DNA of 64,000 bases from Oculina patagonica. Taxonomy: Eukaryota. The position numbers were made by a program, and so were the translations under genes. Every line of letters starts with the position of its first letter. Within the stretch, counting starts at the first letter, position 1. The notes under the pieces were generated by a model. The model saw only the letters and a list, made by a program, of their open reading frames with translations, had not been told where the DNA came from and ran no database searches. The stretch spans positions 27,156,001 to 27,220,000 of the forward strand of contig NC_135770.1 of the NCBI RefSeq assembly GCF_052425735.1, given 5' to 3'. This document shows positions 49,138 through 61,198 of the stretch, in pieces.

Positions 49138-52100
49138 ATGGCTGGCGTAAGTTTCTCTCGTTTTAGAATCCTTTTCGCTGTGAAGTAATCCTGACATTTT
49201 CGTAAGATTACATAGTTTTTTTGGATATTAGAGAAGTTCATGGGCCTTGAAGTCAAAGGATTTTTGTTTCTTTCCACAGACTTTGTACACATACCCCGAC
49301 AACTTTCGGGCCTACAAAATCCTTATCGCTGCCGAGTACAGTGGTGCCAAAATAACTCTTCCAGCCTTCAAGCTGGGAGAGACGAACCAGACTGCAGAAT
49401 TTTTGAAGAAATTCCCCCTTGGAAAGGTATATTTTTCAGAGCCTTCTTTTATTTAAAAAAATGAAAATAAAATATTTTCTAAAAATAAATTAAAATAAAT
49501 ATTTCTTGAGCAATATATCTGTACTGTACGTTATACAGTAAAAACCCGCGAGTAAGAACCTGTTAGGCTAAAATTTGTAAATTAGAACCCCTTTTTTATA
49601 ATAACCTATTTAGCCTAAAATATGGAAACGGGATATATTTTCTAAGTCTAAAAAAATTGTTAAAAAATGTTCACTTTTGGGAAAATAAGATTGGACAAGG
49701 CATTCCTGTAAATGTATATAATGTTATGTTCTGAATAATTAGTGATTCATTTTTACGTAGACACTTATGTGATATGCAAATAATTTCTATATAAGTTATA
49801 GGTAAATACCACTAAAAGTTCTATAAATTTATGCGGTTACAGTGTCCATCCTGGGGGGTCAAAGCATCCAGGGCCATACATGTACTTCCTTACAAAAATT
49901 AAAGATAGACATTTTCGCAACTAGTTGTAGGAGAAAGAAGAGCTGCTGCCACATCTTAGAAGACATATGTTGTGTGGTTCCATTTCAGTTTTTGCTTGGC
50001 ACTTTTCTTTGTTTCAAATGTATTATATAAGAACAAATGAAAATACCAAAATCAGGTACCAAGCTTGGGTAAAATTGAACCACAACACACACAGTCTCAA
50101 GTATGGTACTTCAGCCCGGGCAGTGACTGCAATGTAACTTGTAGTAAAAACAGCGTTCTTAAAATGTAACCATGTCATTTTGTGGTGAATACTCCCTGGG
50201 AACCATGGATACCATTTTATGTCAAAGTCAGGCTTTCATTCTTCTCTAGTACTTAATTGTGGTACATATTTTACATTTTTTATCACCTGCAGGTCCCAGC
50301 CTTTGAGACCCAAGACGGAAAATGCATTTATGAAAGCAATGCCATTGCTTACTATGGTATGTTTCTGTATGACCATATTGAATTGTTTCAGCTCTCTTAA
50401 TTAGTCATCTCAATAAGTGCTTTATTCTAGTGGATGTCCCCGTAAAAATGGTCAATTTTTTTCAAGATGCATTGTCTATGATGTAGTCCCCTTAAATTGT
50501 GGAATATTCAACTCTGTGTGGCTGATTTGTCAAGATTTTAATTGACCATTCCATTGTATGAGAAGTGTCTCGATTGGTATATGGGAAATATCAATTACAT
50601 GAAAGAAGAATTGTTTATCACTAACAAGTCAGTTTTAGAATATTTTTAGTCACATCTCAGATGTTCATTGGGGAGGAAGACTGTGCCAAAAAGTAAAAAG
50701 ACCTTAAAATGTTTTTGGTAACAGGGAAAATTGAATCACACTACCACCATGAATCAACTTCTCTTTAGCTCTCATTAAACTTCTCTTGTTGTATCACACA
50801 AAATTCAATTACCAGTAGTACCCTCCGATCATTGGGCTTGAAATCATATCATTACTGAAGTGTGACCTAAGGTTTTAAATCATGAATAGGTTGGTATCCC
50901 TGTGAACAGCTAAATACTGATATTTCCCCATTTACATTTGCCAGTGTCCAACGACCAGCTGCGAGGAAAGACTCCATTGGAAGGAGCGCTGATTCAGCAG
51001 TATGTGAACTTTGCTGACCAAGAACTCTTGCCTGCAGTAGCTACCTGGGTTTTTCCAACTCTGGGTTTGATGCAGTTCAACAAACAGGTGTGTAATTTTG
51101 TCCAGACATTATAAATTATTTTTCAAGATGTTTGGTTCGCCATTAATCTAAGCATGTAAAGGTGAATGAAGTTTGGAGCTGTTTTTTTTTTTATTATTAT
51201 TTTACAGTCAAAATGAATGTTCTTTTGATGGGAACTTTGCAATGTGGCGGCGCAATGTACCAGTATTGATTGACAGTTTGCTCGTCACAACTTGCAACTT
51301 TCAATTCAAATTTGCTCAAGCAAGTTGCCAAGTTCCGGTTTTCATTTTGCCGTATAAAATGAGGTTATATCACCTTTGTTTCAAAGAAACAGAAAATAAT
51401 TGCCTCTTATTTGACTGTTTATCAACAGAATGTGAGAAATATCAATTTTTAATATATTTTTTAAGGCTACTGACAAAGCCATGGAGGACATAAAGAAGTC
51501 TTTAACAGTTCTTAACAATGCTCTGTTGACAAAGACTTTCCTTGTGGGTGAACGTGTGACACTTGCTGACATCTCAGTTGCCTGCAATCTTCTCATGCTT
51601 TACAAACAGGTGGGTAACTCAAGTGTGAATCATGTAAAAGTGTGTTAAACTCATTGCCAAAAGATGAGCCTGGGGAAGGTGCCTATGAAAGTGGGGGGGG
51701 GGGGGTGGTTCCAGGTGAAATACGAGCCTCAAGCAGGGCATGCAGGTATCCATGGCAACTCTGAAAGCTGCAACCGCCCACCAGGCACCATCACACCGAC
51801 AAGGTCAGTGGAGATACTTTACAACCCTATACTTGCCAGATCCACAAATGAGGGAGGAAAGGTTATGGAGCAAACTGCAGCACAAAAGCACGTTTCAGAG
51901 CTCGAAACAACTGCATGACCTCACACAGCTGGAATGCACAATACATAATCGCTGTGAAACCCCCTATCTCCTTCCAATTTTCATATTTATATTAGGAGCC
52001 TTGGATTCCAGAGTCACAAAGCATAAAAGGCCAGTTTGTTTTATTTTTATGTACCGGGAATTTAACCTATTTCTGTGAAAAACATTTCTTTCTTCCATTG

Positions 52101-53718
52101 CACCAATGCTGATTCAAATACAGTCGAAGCTCTCTTAACGGACACTCTCGTAAGCGGACAGCTCTACTTACGGCCGCCTGGTTTGAAACCCCGTTTTTAA
52201 CTCCCATACAAACTCTGTATTTTTACATTCTCGTAAGCGGACATTCTCGTAAGCGGCCGCGGACACTTTCAGAGATAACGAGTTAGACTTTTTCTTTGTT
52301 TTTGAGCTCCCGTAAGCGGACACCCCAAAGAAAATCCTATAAACAACCTCTGTATCTTGTTCTTACCAATCAACTTTACATCGCCGTTCGTCACAATGAG
52401 TCACAGTGATTTTACAGTAATTACATTAACATATTTCAGTGTTTGTTTTGTCGTCATCCACGTCCGGTTACATTTCGAAACACCACTTACACTTACGGCA
52501 AGCTCCTGTAAGCGGCCATTTATCCCTTACACCTCTAGTGGCCGCTTATGAGAACCATTCTCGTAAGCGGCCAGCTCCAGTTACGGACACTTTTTTCGCG
52601 TCCCGAGGGTGTCCGCTTACGAGAGCTTCGACTGTATGCTGATTGCCCTCTTTCTAAAGGTTGGCTAAAGCCTATAGACATAGCCTTCATATTTGCAGAA
52701 AAGGCCATTTCAACCATGGTTTCAGTGAAAGAAATGGAATTTTTGAAATGGTTCTTGAATGTCTTACTAAAATTAATAATTTGCTGTGTGTTGTCAGGTG
52801 ATGGAGCCCAGCTTCAGAGCTCAATTTGGTAATGTAAACCGGTGGTTCCTTACTACTGTTAATCAGCCACAGTTTAAGAAGGTCCTTGGTGAAGTAAAGC
52901 TGTGCGAAACCATGGCCAAATTTGACGGTAGGTCTTGTACAATAGTATGTCCAGAGCAGGAAACTCTGGCTGTCCAAACATCCCGGATGGGCAACTTTTC
53001 CATACAGAGAAAGAAAAATACAATCCCAGTTGTCCAATTGGACAACCACATTGTAAAAAAGAAGAAAAATATATTTTCTTGACATGGTTGATCCTAGCAG
53101 TATGCAGGAGGCATGCCACATAATTATGAACCTTGTAAATGGCCCAGCTCACCATGAGTCTCTTGTAGCTCAATGGTCAGAGCGCCCAACCAGCATCACA
53201 TATTTTTATGTCTGAATGGACAAGGGAATAATTTGAGAAAAAAGGTTCTTGCTCTGATGTCAAACAGATGAATGAATGAATGAATGAATGAATGATATAG
53301 GTTCTTAAATAGTGTATTTTCAAAGCTCAATGCGCTTCACAATAAGAGTTATGGGATGAGACCAGACATCAGCATATCATAGACACCCCAAAGACTGATG
53401 TCATAGACACCCCAGATCAGGCAGTTTGACAAGGATTATTCTGTTTTATTGGAAATCCATGAATTTGATTGGTTCTCTCATTGTCATCTATCTGTTGTTA
53501 GTAGAAACTCAGCTGTGTTCTATTGGAAATCCGCGAATCTGATTGGTTCTCCCACTGTTTTCTATTCGCTGATAGAAAACAGTCGCGCGCGCAAGTAGCT
53601 CTTTAAGCGGTAAATTTTCTTGATTTTTGTCTTCAAAGTGCACAATATTGTAGGTTTTGGACTGCAATCCTTTAGAGATTCTACTAAAACAATTAGACTA
53701 CTCTCCCTCGTTTTCTTT

Positions 53719-53750
<32 letters not shown>

Positions 53751-56700
53751 TTATTTGCTCATAGAAAACTCGGGCTCATAGTCTAATTGTTAAATAGAAC
53801 ATGCATGGGTTTCAAAAAATTTGAAGTAGGCAGCTGGTATTTGCCCTTGTTTTTGATGAGGGATAGTCAACTTGGTTGCACTTTGTGGACTATTTGCTCA
53901 AAGAAAACCCCTGCTTTGTAGTCCAAGACTTAGAAGGTCTTGCAGGCCTGCATTCATTGAAAATTTACACTGTCAATCACAAACCTGTCAAAGAATTGTA
54001 TGGACCAAAATATTAGTGACATATTTATGCAATCAACATTTTCAGTATGGATTGAATAGAAAAAGCTACCTGCAGTACACAACTGAGTGTCTCATGTTTA
54101 AACTATTTTGTTTTTGTGGTGCAGACAAACTTTGTCTAGAAGTAGGCTTAGAGATAAACAGATTGATTGTATTATATTGCTGTAAAAAAATACTCAATCA
54201 CCTTCTCTGATTATTACTACAAAGAGTTCGTTAGCTGAAATTCAAGCTACCCCAGGAAATGACACTTATTTTCTTTGTTCTCTTTGTCTTCTCAGCAAAG
54301 AAATACGCTGAACTGCATCCCAAGACAGACGAGAAGAAGGAGAAGAAGGCAAAAGCAGCAAAAGAGGAGAAACCCAAACAACCCAAACAAGAAAAGAAGG
54401 AAAAACCAAAGAAAGAAAAGGAGGAGGAGGAGGAGGAGGATGCTCCAAAGGAACCAGCTAAAGATCCTTATGCTGGTCTTCCAAAGAGGTTAGAAAATCA
54501 TGCACAAGGAAAGGCTGATTGCATTGTGTAATTATGTGATAAAAAATCTGCTTATCAGCCTAGTGACCCATCCCGGTTTCCATAGCATAAAGCGACTAGG
54601 AGTATTTCTACTCGCCCCTGGATGGGATGCCAGTCCACCACAGGATCAGCAGTAAATTCACCAGTACCCATTTATACACTTGGGTGGAGAGAGGCACTAT
54701 GAAAGTAAAGTGTCTTGCCTAAGAACACAACATGGTAACCCTGGCCAGGGTTCGAACATGGACCGCTTGATCCGGAGTCCAGCGTGCTGACCGGTAGGCC
54801 ACTGCGCTGTGGGGGCTGTGTATTGTGGTAAGGAGGTATTGTTCCTGTTGTAATTTTCTTGAGTCATATAGCGAGCCTTTCATGTAAGCAACAGAGAAAG
54901 CTTCTACCCAACTCTTTGAGGTTCAACACTACAACTCTACATGTCTGTACATGTACACAAACCAGTGAATAACTAGCTGGCTGTCTGACTGACTGACAGA
55001 CTTAATGATAGAAAGTGTTCTCAGCTCGAAGCAAATTTAACTTAATTTTGGGGCCCTTCAACTCAATTTTTGGCTCCGAGTCGAATGCCCGGGGTTCGAG
55101 ACCTGGCTGGGGTGCTGCGTTGTGTTCTTGGGCAAGACACTTTACTCTCACAGTGCCTCTCTCCACCCAGGTGTATAAATGGGTACCGGCGAACTTACTC
55201 AACCCTCCAAGTTAAGACCATTTTAGTCGCCATAGCGACTAAATTTAAACCGAAGTTGCCAGGCTGGCGACTAAAATTGAGAAGAAGGATTGAAAGCCGG
55301 AGCTTAATTTAGTGACTAAAATTTTTCACTGGCGACCAAACTTGAGCAGTCAGTGACCAAATGGCCACTTAGAAAAAAAAAATAACTTGCAGGGTTGTTA
55401 CTGCTGGGGGGTAACCCTGCAATGGACTAGCATCCCATTCAGGGGGATGTAGAAATACTCCTAGCTGCTTAATGCTACAGAAACCAGGATAAGCTCAGGC
55501 TGGATGAGCCACTTGGCTCGACAGCAGGCTTTGTCTTAGCTATTGGGAGTGAGGTGCTTATAATAATTGAATCATTTTGGTAGCTTCATTTATGCAGAGG
55601 CAATGTTTTGCCACACATTTGGTTGTAACATATTAATCTCTTAATATCCTAATTATTTATTGTTTGTTAGCTCATTTGACATGGATGCATTCAAACGTAC
55701 TTACTCAAACACTGACACAGCGACCGTGGCTATTCCGTACTTTTGGGAGCATTTCAACAAGGAAGACTATTCTGTGTGGCTGGCCGAGTATCAATACAAC
55801 GCTGACCTAAATAAGATCTTTATGGCCTGCAACTTGGTCGGGGGCATGTTTCAGCGTATAGAAAAACTACACAAGACTGCCTTTGCCAGTGTTGGTATTT
55901 TTGGAAAGGACAAGGATTGCGCTATTGAGGGTATTTGGATCTTCCGTACTCAACAGCTGGCCTTTGATGTAGGTGTCAAAATTTTATGTTTATACATTGT
56001 TTTTTTTGGCTACTTGTAAATGTGTATTGTTTTTGTTACACTGTCTGTGTGACCCACAGCATTAAAAGAAACAAACAAACAAACAGGATTAGCAGTTTGT
56101 AATTATTTTTTTTGGCATCTTGCTGGTGATTTTCCAAGTTTCTAGGCCAATCAAATCTTTCCAATAGTAAAATGTTTAGTACATGTACATTTTAGCAGCA
56201 TGAGGTGGCTTCTTTGATGTTTAAATTATTTTGACAACATTACTGTGTGATTCACTGTTGCTGTTTTGTGATATTTGTGCTGAGTGCGTGCTAGTAGAAT
56301 CAAGAGACAACTTGAAATATACTTAGTCTTTTCAAAAAACTGAGCCCCAATGATTATTACTTGATAGAGTAGTGGACTGAATTTATGTGTGGAAATCTGT
56401 TCAATACTTGTATGAGGGGCTCTTTGTAAAGAGATTGTTACTTATTATGGTTAATGAATGGTTCAGTTTAATTGTTTTAAGTTAGATTTTAGTTGGGTGA
56501 AATTGTCATTGTTCATTTAAGTCGACTCCCGATAACTCGAACCCTCGCTAACTCGAACCTCGCGCTAACTCGAACCAAAACTGATTTCCCCTGGATTTCC
56601 GTCGTACATTTACTGTAATTTTACCCTCGGTAACTCGAACCCTCGATAACTCGAATCTCCCACTAACTCGAACCAATTTTCGTTTCCCTTCAGGTCATTT

Positions 56701-58876
56701 TCTATATAGTTTTACCCTCGATAACTCGAACCATGTCTGTCAATACCCGACAGGTCAAAACAAACAGTGTACTGTAGTCCAAAACGTTTAATAAATTTTG
56801 AAATAAAAACGTACACGAGTCAGAGTCGTCCCCGAAACGCCCCTCAAAACACGAAATGTGCCACGCCATTGACTACTAGTGCTACACACGTTCAGTTTGT
56901 TTGTAGAGGTTGATACCGATTCTTGCAACCCCAACCTTGGAAAACTTTAAAGGATTATCGTCAGGACGAATTAACTGACCGTTACTCGAAAAAATAAATC
57001 GCATAAACTCTGCAGCAGTAGCCTATAGTGTTGTTCTCTTTGAAACCTGCAACGTTCGCAGCATGATTTGCTTTGTTTTACGTTACATTACGTTCTGGTT
57101 TATACAGTGATTTAGAAATATATTGTTCCGTTTTCTTTTGGCTTCTCTATTCGCTAATTAAATTTGTTTAAAATGTACACTTGTATACATTGTATGAATT
57201 GAAAATCAGTAAACACCGTTTTTTCCTTATTTCCGGTCATTTGTTTTCAACTCTCAATAACTCGAACTCCCGATAACTCGAACCATTTTCAATTTCCCTT
57301 GAAGGTTCGAGTTATCGGGAGTCGACTGTATTGGTGATTTTTAAAACAAAAAAAAACAAAAAAACAAAAAAACAAAACAAAACAAAAAACAGATGAAAAA
57401 AAAAAAAAAAAGAAAAAGAAAAGAAAGAAAACAGATGTGTATTGTTGCTGTGTGATTACTGTGACCGGATAACAGAAGTCACATTTGCAGAACAAAAACT
57501 TAGCTTTTAATCTCAAGGAAATCTGTGTTATGCCCCGGGGGGACTCCTATTTGAAACGGACGGTGATGCTTGTCGGAATTTTGAAAAAAGAGACCAATCT
57601 GGGTGTGGCTCATTCTTTTCTTGACCCCTAAAAGATACCAAAAAACTAAGAATACAATTTATATTTGTATATTTTTTCGTGTGTAACCCTAAACGAGACC
57701 ATAATGGCTAAAAATATTGGCGTTTTGCCAGGAACACCCGAAGCGAGACCAAAAATCCGAAATTAACACCCCTAAGCAAGACGGCGAGCATCCCTGTCAA
57801 TTTTGTATGGGGGTCCTTCCCCCCCCGGGTGTTATGCTTGCAGGAAAGTGAAAGTGCTTGGTGAAAACCGAGCATAACCGTTTTGCTTTCAACTGATAGG
57901 GGTTAACAGTTTATATGCCATCAGCTTTTAACTGTAACTCTTTCAGTGCTGTTGTAGAGAAAAGTTGTGACTCTGGGTTTAAATTTCAATTTTCCTCATC
58001 ATGTTACAATGCTTGAAATAAGGTAGTTTAAAGGTTTTAAAAAAGTTGGTATTTTTTGGGGGAGGGGATGTTCATGTGTATAATATGGTTGTACTTTGTT
58101 GTAATACCTTAATACATGAAATTTTCGCAACAGGTTAATTTCGCGATTTTGAGGTGATATTTCGCGACACTTTAATTTCGCGATATTGCGAAAATTTCGT
58201 ATTTTGACTCACTTTATTTTCGCGTTTTTGCGGAGTAAAACGCAATTTACATTTCCTTGGCAATATTATTCAACATGCCCTTGAATTAAATAAAACGCTT
58301 TCATTAAAGGAGCAATAACGTCAAACTAACAAAACGCAAGTCCATGAGTTATCTTTCTTCAGTCAATTGACGACAACATCCATTTACATTGAGGATTCCT
58401 TCCTTCAGTGGTACTAAACATATTCTTTCTTGATTATTAGTCACTTAATTTTCGCGTGATGTTATGTTCGCGACACTTCTTTTTCGCGTCACTTTAATTT
58501 TGCGATTTTTTGGAATCGCGAAATTGGCGAAATTAACGTGTCGCGAAAATTTCATGTAATAAGGTATTTAAACTATGGCTTTATTGACACAACTGATTCT
58601 ATCTATTTTTTTCCTGAAAAGTAGCCCTGGGGGTTACACAATTGCCAATGCACTGCTTAAAACTAAGCGCAATGTTGTTGCTGTTTCAACTAATTGATGA
58701 ACATTGTCACTCATCCCTTGTAGCTGAATCCGGATTGGGCAATCGACTCGCCATCTTACAAGTTCACCAAGTTGGATGTGGATAACCCTGCTCACAAGAA
58801 GATCATCAATGAGTATCTGCTACAAGAAGGAGACTTCAATGGAAAGACATTCAACCAAGGAAAGATCTTTAAATAG
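49138..58876 (+). CDS. EEF1G: Elongation factor 1-gamma; 9 exons
   Basis: Exons 49138-49146, 49280-49426, 50293-50356, 50945-51087, 51466-51609, 52798-52927, 54296-54488, 55671-55968, 58724-58876. GST-like N-terminus ([31 protein letters not shown]), K/E linker, [12 protein letters not shown] domain, ends FNQGKIFK*; AATAAA at 58910. Confidence 0.96.
52121..52634. mobile_element. Tc1/mariner-type MITE
   Basis: TA|CAGTCGAAGCTCTC ... GAGAGCTTCGACTG|TA with internal CGTAAGCGGACA repeats. Confidence 0.85.
54560..54808 (-). mobile_element. tRNA-derived SINE family; further copies at ~1-92(-), ~4014-4085(-), ~18984-19186(-), ~26095-26290(-), ~42201-42860(+), ~55073-55532(+)
   Basis: Shared core CCCATTTATACACCTGGGTGGAGAGAGGCACT.TGAGAGTAAAGTGTCTTGCCCAAGAACACAAC and a tRNA-like head with a GTTCGA B-box. 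Confidence 0.8.
55200..55397. mobile_element. CAACC-ended MITE with 5-bp TSD, inserted in a SINE; second copy at 42292-42655
   Basis: TTACT|CAACCCTCCAAGTT ... AACTTGCAGGGTTG|TTACT; the second copy has CTTGG/TTTGG flanks; both share TTTTAGTCGCCAT.GCGACTAAA. Confidence 0.8.
56342..56422 (+). ncRNA. Intronic box C/D snoRNA, SNORD75/U75-like
   Basis: Perfect terminal stem GAGCCCC/GGGGCTC enclosing box C ATGATTA (56350), guide AGAGTAGTGG-A-CTGA (D', 56377) and box D ATGA (56412). The guide is complementary to the conserved 28S rRNA sequence CCACTACTCT. Lies in EEF1G intron 8, sense strand. Confidence 0.72.
56519..57328. mobile_element. Tc1/mariner-type MITE (AACTCGAAC subterminal repeats)
   Basis: AGTCGACTCCCGATAACTCGAACC ... 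GGTTCGAGTTATCGGGAGTCGACTG|TA. Confidence 0.82.
57534..57829. mobile_element. CCCGGG-ended MITE with 8-bp TSD; related copies at ~16402-16620 and ~21141-21422
   Basis: TGTTATGC|CCCGGGG ... CCCCGGG|TGTTATGC; the shared internal TTAGGGGTGT.AATTTCGGATTTTTGGT block occurs (inverted) in the other copies. Confidence 0.8.
58107..58564. mobile_element. TA-TSD MITE
   Basis: TA|CCTTAATACATGAAATTTTCGC ... GCGAAAATTTCATGTAATAAGG|TA with TTTCGCG subterminal repeats. Confidence 0.8.
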
Positions 58877-58981
58877 ACTGTTAGAATTGATGAAAAATTC
58901 CAACAAGACAATAAACTGCTTTAAGAACTGATGAACTGTGTGGCTTGTTGTGCTTGTGTCCATTGTTAAAGGCCTAACCTA

Positions 58982-59509
58982 CAGTAGAACCCTGGTAACC
59001 CGAACTGCTGATAACTCGAACTCCCCTGTTTACTCGAACTAAGACCAATTTCCCTTAGATTTGACCCACTTTACAGTCATTTTAACTTGGTAAACTCGAA
59101 CTTGAATAACTCTGATTCCTCGCAAATTTTTTATTCCCTTGATCAAAATCTACCCAACAACTCGAATTATGGTTCTTGCAACTTGCCAGCCATGCTCATT
59201 GAAATATCCCTTTAGCTCTTCTTGTCGTGTTATCAGATTCAAACACTAAAAGTAGCACTGCAACAATTTGATATTAATTTGTGCAACGAACAGATCACGT
59301 TTTCTCGATCTTATCCTAGGAATGTATGATCGTGTTAGAGTTTCTGACGAGATTTTATTTTCACTGAACTGTATACTGAAGTTCTGAAAAATCAGAATTA
59401 AAATTACTGACATGGCAAATTGACTACTTAATCATCGACCCGTCTAACCCCGCTAACTTGGAACTGTTTTTCGTATCCCTTCAGAGTTCGAGTTACCAAG
59501 ATTCTGCTG
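58982..59509. mobile_element. Tc1/mariner-type MITE related to 56519-57328
   Basis: TA|CAGTAGAACCCTGGTAACCCGAAC ... GTTCGAGTTACCAAGATTCTGCTG|TA; shares AACTCGAAC repeats. Confidence 0.72.
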
Positions 59510-59707
59510 TAGTATGCAATACAAAATCTTGTTTCTAATGAAGGATTTCACAGTTGCTCATTTATCCCCAGTTGTCTCTTGAAAAGAAAATGGTTAGAAA
59601 CCTACATAAAATTGTCTTATAATAGACAACTGGGGATCAGTCTTAAAGGTCTGGCGGGCTATTTTACAAAATACATTGTATGTCAAACAAAAATTGTTTT
59701 CCTTGTA

Positions 59708-60101
59708 CAGTCAACTCTCGTTATAGCGGACACGCTCGGGACTTCGTTTGTGTCGAGAGAGAGGGGGTGGAGGAAAATGAAATAGTAATAGTATGGGATA
59801 CGAGCTCAAAGCGTGAGTCACTCAGTAGTCGTTAGGAGGAGATGAAATGGTCAGGGTTTGAGGGTTTGGTTCTCCAAAGAGCGTTGGAAGAGGGCGAAGA
59901 AGTGTGACGCATGAGATAGGACTACAAAGACCACACTGATTCCGTGAAACATGTGAGAAGTTCATGTGTCCGCTTCGAGAGTCAAAACATATTGTTTGTA
60001 CCACGAGTGTCCCGAGAGTCGGGAGACATCCCTCTCCGCCGGGGTTTTGTCCTATTCGAGCGTCCGTAATAGCGGGGTGTCCGCAAGGCGAGAGTTGACT
60101 G
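59708..60101. mobile_element. Tc1/mariner-type MITE
   Basis: TA|CAGTCAACTCTCG ... CGAGAGTTGACTG|TA. Confidence 0.8.
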
Positions 60102-61198
60102 TATCTGGCTTCCGGACTTCGTTGCGGAGCTCCCAGCAGCCTGAAGGGCCATAGAACAGAGCCCCATAACCATAGAAATGGAATAATCATGCATGCGTAG
60201 AAATAAGAGAACCCTGCATTTGATTTTCATGGTCATGGCAAGTGTCATAGTTACTTGGCCTGTGCGATTGGTTCGGGGCTTTTTTCTGTAATAAAAAAAT
60301 CCATTACTTATCACTGAAATAGCTGCAAAGAAAAAAAAGGGGACTTTTTAGTGTTGGTGAGGAGTGTTCGTACCACCCCCTCCCCCTTTTCTGTCCTATA
60401 TAGACTGCTGGACCAGAAAACAGTGCGTGGGGACAGGGGGTCCTGAACCTCCCGCTCCCCGTACCTTTTGTTCCCGCTCCCCGCCCCTTTGCATAGTGGT
60501 TCCCTCCTCTTTGTCCCATTTCTTTTGCTTAATATAAAATGTTAAGAATTTTTTTCAATTTCTCCCGGTTCCCGTCCTGAGAATAAAGTCCATCTGCTTC
60601 CCGCCCCCTTTTCTCCCACCTCCGGCCTCTTTTCTATCAGTGTTGTGCGCCTTTCGGCTGCCACTGTGCGGAGGGTTTTATCGGTCAAATCCAGGGTCAA
60701 CAACAGAATTCGGGACAGACCAAGGAGGGGGCCTGGGCAACCTCAATTTTTCTCAAAGAATGTAAGGCTAAGGAGTCTAAAAATTTTCGAGACCAGCCAT
60801 CTCAAAGGTACTTCTTTTCCCTTTATATTTTTTCTTGCAGGCGCCCAAGGCACCGAACACGGCGCATTCGAACTTAAAAAGTTTTCAAACGTTTCTTTAC
60901 ATTATTTTTATACACATTATTTTGAACTTTAAAGTTTTACAATGTGTGTTCGGCATCCTTTACCCCGCGGGATTTCCCGCGAGGACTGCCCTGGAAGAAG
61001 AGAGACCCTGGGAACGATGTTGGGACTGAGCAAGCTGATTCAAAATAAAGATTATCCATCCATCCATCCATCCAGCCAGCGGTGAGTTTCCTGATTGTGT
61101 AAGCCATCATTATCTGTCGGTATAAAGTTCCGTTATTTCATATCCAATGAAACGAAGTTTCTTCTAAGACAAGTAGCCATGGCTCAGATTATTTCTTG

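Noticed and set aside
50880-50925. TATCCCTGTG complementary to 28S (snR38/SNORD1-like guide) in EEF1G intron 3
   Set aside because: No correctly spaced D/D' box, no convincing C box and no terminal stem.
53150-53200. tRNA-like GTAGCTCAATGGTCAGAGCG
   Set aside because: Only an A-box half with no full cloverleaf; probably a SINE head fragment.
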